From Centroscyllium fabricii (taxonomy: Eukaryota): a DNA stretch of 64,000 bases. The notes under the pieces were generated by a model. The model saw nothing but the letters and a program-made list of their open reading frames with translations. It was not told where the DNA came from and made no database searches. Positions within the stretch are counted from its first letter, which is position 1; every line of letters begins with the position of its first letter. The stretch covers positions 6,386,001 through 6,450,000 of the forward strand of contig JBNRSN020000039.1 in NCBI GenBank assembly GCA_051313645.2. The letters run 5' to 3'. Both the position numbers and the translations under genes were made by a program. Shown here piece after piece: positions 61,075 to 64,000 of this stretch.

Positions 61075-61499
61075 GTAAGACAGTAAAACGAGAGAGTATA
61101 TCTAATTGTTATGTTTATGACTGTACATATGAGGCTATCCATTCCGGTTTTTTGATTGCAGTTCATTAATTGAATGTCTTGTTTTCATAACGTGATCTCT
61201 TCATTGAGATTATCATGCCTCTTCAATTTTCTCCACAGACAAGGATGAAACAATGATTCCCCTTTCTGTTGTCAGCAGAAACTCCCTTTTGGAGCTGAAA
61301 CTGTCATCCTAACATATATTAATTAGTAATGCTTTTTGTGATTGACATGTTTTTGAAAGGTAACGTGGGGATTTTAAGAAATATTTCTTTGTATATTTAT
61401 TTCATGTATACATTGGATTCAACTGCAGAATTCTATATTTTATTTTTCGCCGTCCGTCCAACTCTGACTTTGCTTGTGGCTTCTTTAAATGGAAACTAA

Positions 61500-61880
61500 A
61501 ATCCAGTGACGTCTGTGAACAGTGAGCAGTCCACCCCTACAGATTTGCTTTGCCAACGAACGTTGTATTGTCAGCAAATTGTATACTTTACAGTCGGTCT
61601 GCTGTACTATGTCATTGATATAGGTTGTAAAAAGCTGAGCCACAAATACAGCTCCTTGGGGTACTTCAGGAGTTACAGTGAGCCAAACAAAAAATGACCC
61701 GTTTATTCCTACTTGCTCTTCTATGTCCGCTAACCAAGCCTCAATCAATGCGACAATAATATCCCTAATACCACGAGGCCCAATGTTTTGCGGCACCTGA
61801 TCGAATGACTTTTTAAAAATAACATCTACTGGTTCCCCCTTACACATTTAAATCTACTAAAAAATTTGTCAAACACGAAT
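61500..61880 (-). mobile_element. Degraded CR1 RT fragment
   Basis: KSFDQVP..IEAWL..VGINGSF..VPQGAV..LFTTYIND. Confidence 0.75.
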
Positions 61881-61882
61881 TC

Positions 61883-62902
61883 CAACTGGACCCTGGACAT
61901 CCTAACCAACAGACAACCGTCTGTGAAGTTAGGAAACCTCACATCCCCGCCCACTTACCCAAACACGGGGGCCCCACAAGGCTGTGTGCTGATCCCCCTC
62001 CTCTAGTCCCTCTTCACCCACGACTGTGCGGCTATCCATGGCTCCAACATGATCATCAAGATTCTGGAATACACCACGGTGGTTGGCCAGATCAGCAACA
62101 ACGATGAGTCAGCCTACAGTAATGCGATTCAGCGCCTTGTGGGATGGTGTGCTGACAACAACCTGGCACTGAACACCAAGAAAACCAAGTAGATCCTAGT
62201 GGTCTTCCGAAAGACTAAAAGCAGAAGACACCCCCCCGCCCCCCCCATCTTCTTCCAAGGGCTGAGGTGGAAAGTTTGTCCAGCTTCAGGTTCCTCGGGG
62301 TCCACATCTCGGAAGATCTCTCCTTGTTATTAAACATTTCCTCTCTGATATAGGAGGCCCAACAGCGCCTGTGTTTCATAAGCAAGCTGAAAAAAGCAAA
62401 ACTGACATCCGACATCCTCACCAACTTCTACCGCTACTCAATCGAAAGCATACTAACAAGTGCATCACAGTCTGCGATGGAAACTGCACCATCTCGCACC
62501 GGAAGGCCCTGCAGCGGGTAATCAAAACTACCCAACGAATCCCCGGCACTTAGCCTCCGTCAATTGAATGCAGTTACCTTAAACGCTGCCTACAGAGGTC
62601 TGTGATCATTAATAAAGTGCCCACACACCCAAGCCATAGTCTGTTCGCCCCCTGCCCTCCGGGAGACGCTACAGATCAATTAGCACCCCCACGACTCGAT
62701 TCATGAGCAGGTTTTTTCCCAGTGCTGTCTGCCTCCTGAACTGTAGCAAAAAACTCAAATATCTGCGCAGCTGAAATATACTTTACTGCATGCAGTTGTA
62801 TGTAACTTACTTGCAGTACTCTCGGCAGCGCCGAGTCTTCGTTTCGTTATATTGTACTATTACCCTGCAATAAAAATAAAATTTGAATTGAATTGAATTG
62901 AG
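61883..62902 (+). mobile_element. Rex1/Babar 3' fragment, degraded
   Basis: Same family as 4526-5423 (gccccacaaggctgtgtgctg...), (ttgaa)n tail at ~62883-62901. Confidence 0.88.
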
Positions 62903-62942
62903 GTGAATTTCATGATTCCGCATTGCTTCTGCCCAACTATTT

Positions 62943-64000
62943 TGGCCCAAAAATTCGGGTGCAAAAGCCTGAGAACGGACGGTGTACCCACGCGAATGCC
63001 CAAGTATAGTGCCGGTTTCCTGCAAGCACTGATCCTGCGTGGGTAACCGTCACCTCCGTCATCCTGAAGGAAGGGTTTAGAAGGTGGAGCGCATGCGCGG
63101 GAGCGCAGCCATGCGCATTGCACTTACTTTTTTTTACCGGTTTTCGAAGCGGCGAATTCTGAAACATTTACACATGTAAAAAGCAGGTGGAATGCCTGCT
63201 TTTAACAAGGTAAGTGGAGATATAATTAACATTTTAGCATTTTTTTAACAGAGTTATTATTTTTGAATACATTAACGAAAGGTGAGTTTATTTTTTCCCC
63301 TTTAGAAAATCTATATATTTTTAATTAAAATTATTGTTTAACAGAGTTATTTGAAGTACTGTATAAGTAATTTAAAAGTGTGATTTATAAAAAGAAATTG
63401 ATGAATTTCTGATGATTTCAGGCTTATAATAATCAACGTTTTGACAGCTCTTTAGCCAAACATATGGATGGGTAATTCTCGGCTCCCATTGACTCTCCTT
63501 GGCCCACGTGATCCCAGGGGACGCAGCGAAATCACTGCGCCCCGGGGATATGCAAGCTCTGCGCGCAGGCCGTTGGATGAGGCCCAGGATCGGAATCGTG
63601 GGTGGGCCCACAGGTCAATGTCCGGCACGCAAAGTATGTGATGGTGTGAGGTTGCACCCGAGGGGAGCCTCCAAACCGAATTACTGACCCATTATGATTT
63701 TCTAACTGCCTAATAATGGGTTTCATCTTTTTCTTTGTTTCCAACTATCACTTTTGAGGAAATATCAATATGATACAACTAGACTATTGCATTATTAGCG
63801 GTAATCTTCAGGTGACTTTCCACCCAGTGGTCTCCTGCTGATACGCCGTTTATGAAAAGCGAAAGAGTGTGCAACATGACGTTGTGCAATGGAACAAAAG
63901 CGGCGTTGTCGGAAACGCCGCCCATCAAATAAAACACCGGATATTCAGTTCCAGTGCAGTCAATGGATCAGATTTTTTGGCGCTGCAAAAACAGGCGGCC
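62943..64000. mobile_element. Possible non-autonomous DNA transposon running off the window
   Basis: Starts tggcccaaaaattcggg, similar in style to the TIR at 37696; CpG-rich non-coding blocks; right end not visible. Confidence 0.3.

Overview
Repeat-dense vertebrate genomic DNA, almost certainly from a cartilaginous fish (HE1/V-type SINEs with CR1 tails, abundant CR1 and Rex1/Babar LINEs, a shark-style GPR139-like first exon). About 1.2-44.5 kb is a tandem array of roughly 11 diverged units. Each unit is a GA-rich microsatellite, a 60-bp minisatellite block and a ~1 kb unique segment. On the minus strand that unique segment carries an endoderm-type promoter module (HNF4-like DR1, FoxA TGTTTAC, HNF1 GTTAATGATTAAC, TATA-like) followed by a 46-nt signal-peptide exon (MK[T/A]ALLALALICLRC, phase-1 donor GTGAGT). 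I find no second coding exon in the unit, so this looks like an amplified promoter plus leader-exon cassette, with 3 of 8 recognisable leaders intact. The array is invaded by CR1, Rex1/Babar, a nearly intact Vingi LINE, solo LTRs, SINEs, a MITE and a Penelope-like hammerhead palindrome. At 45-54.7 kb two copies of the last two exons of an NLR-type LRR gene flank a truncated CsRn1-like Gypsy element. At 55.2-59.2 kb is a near-full-length Rex1/Babar LINE with a 5' inversion and a 15-bp TSD. At 61.0 kb is the first coding exon of a GPR139-like receptor. There is no complete host gene, no prokaryotic feature and no CRISPR array; four assembly gaps are present.
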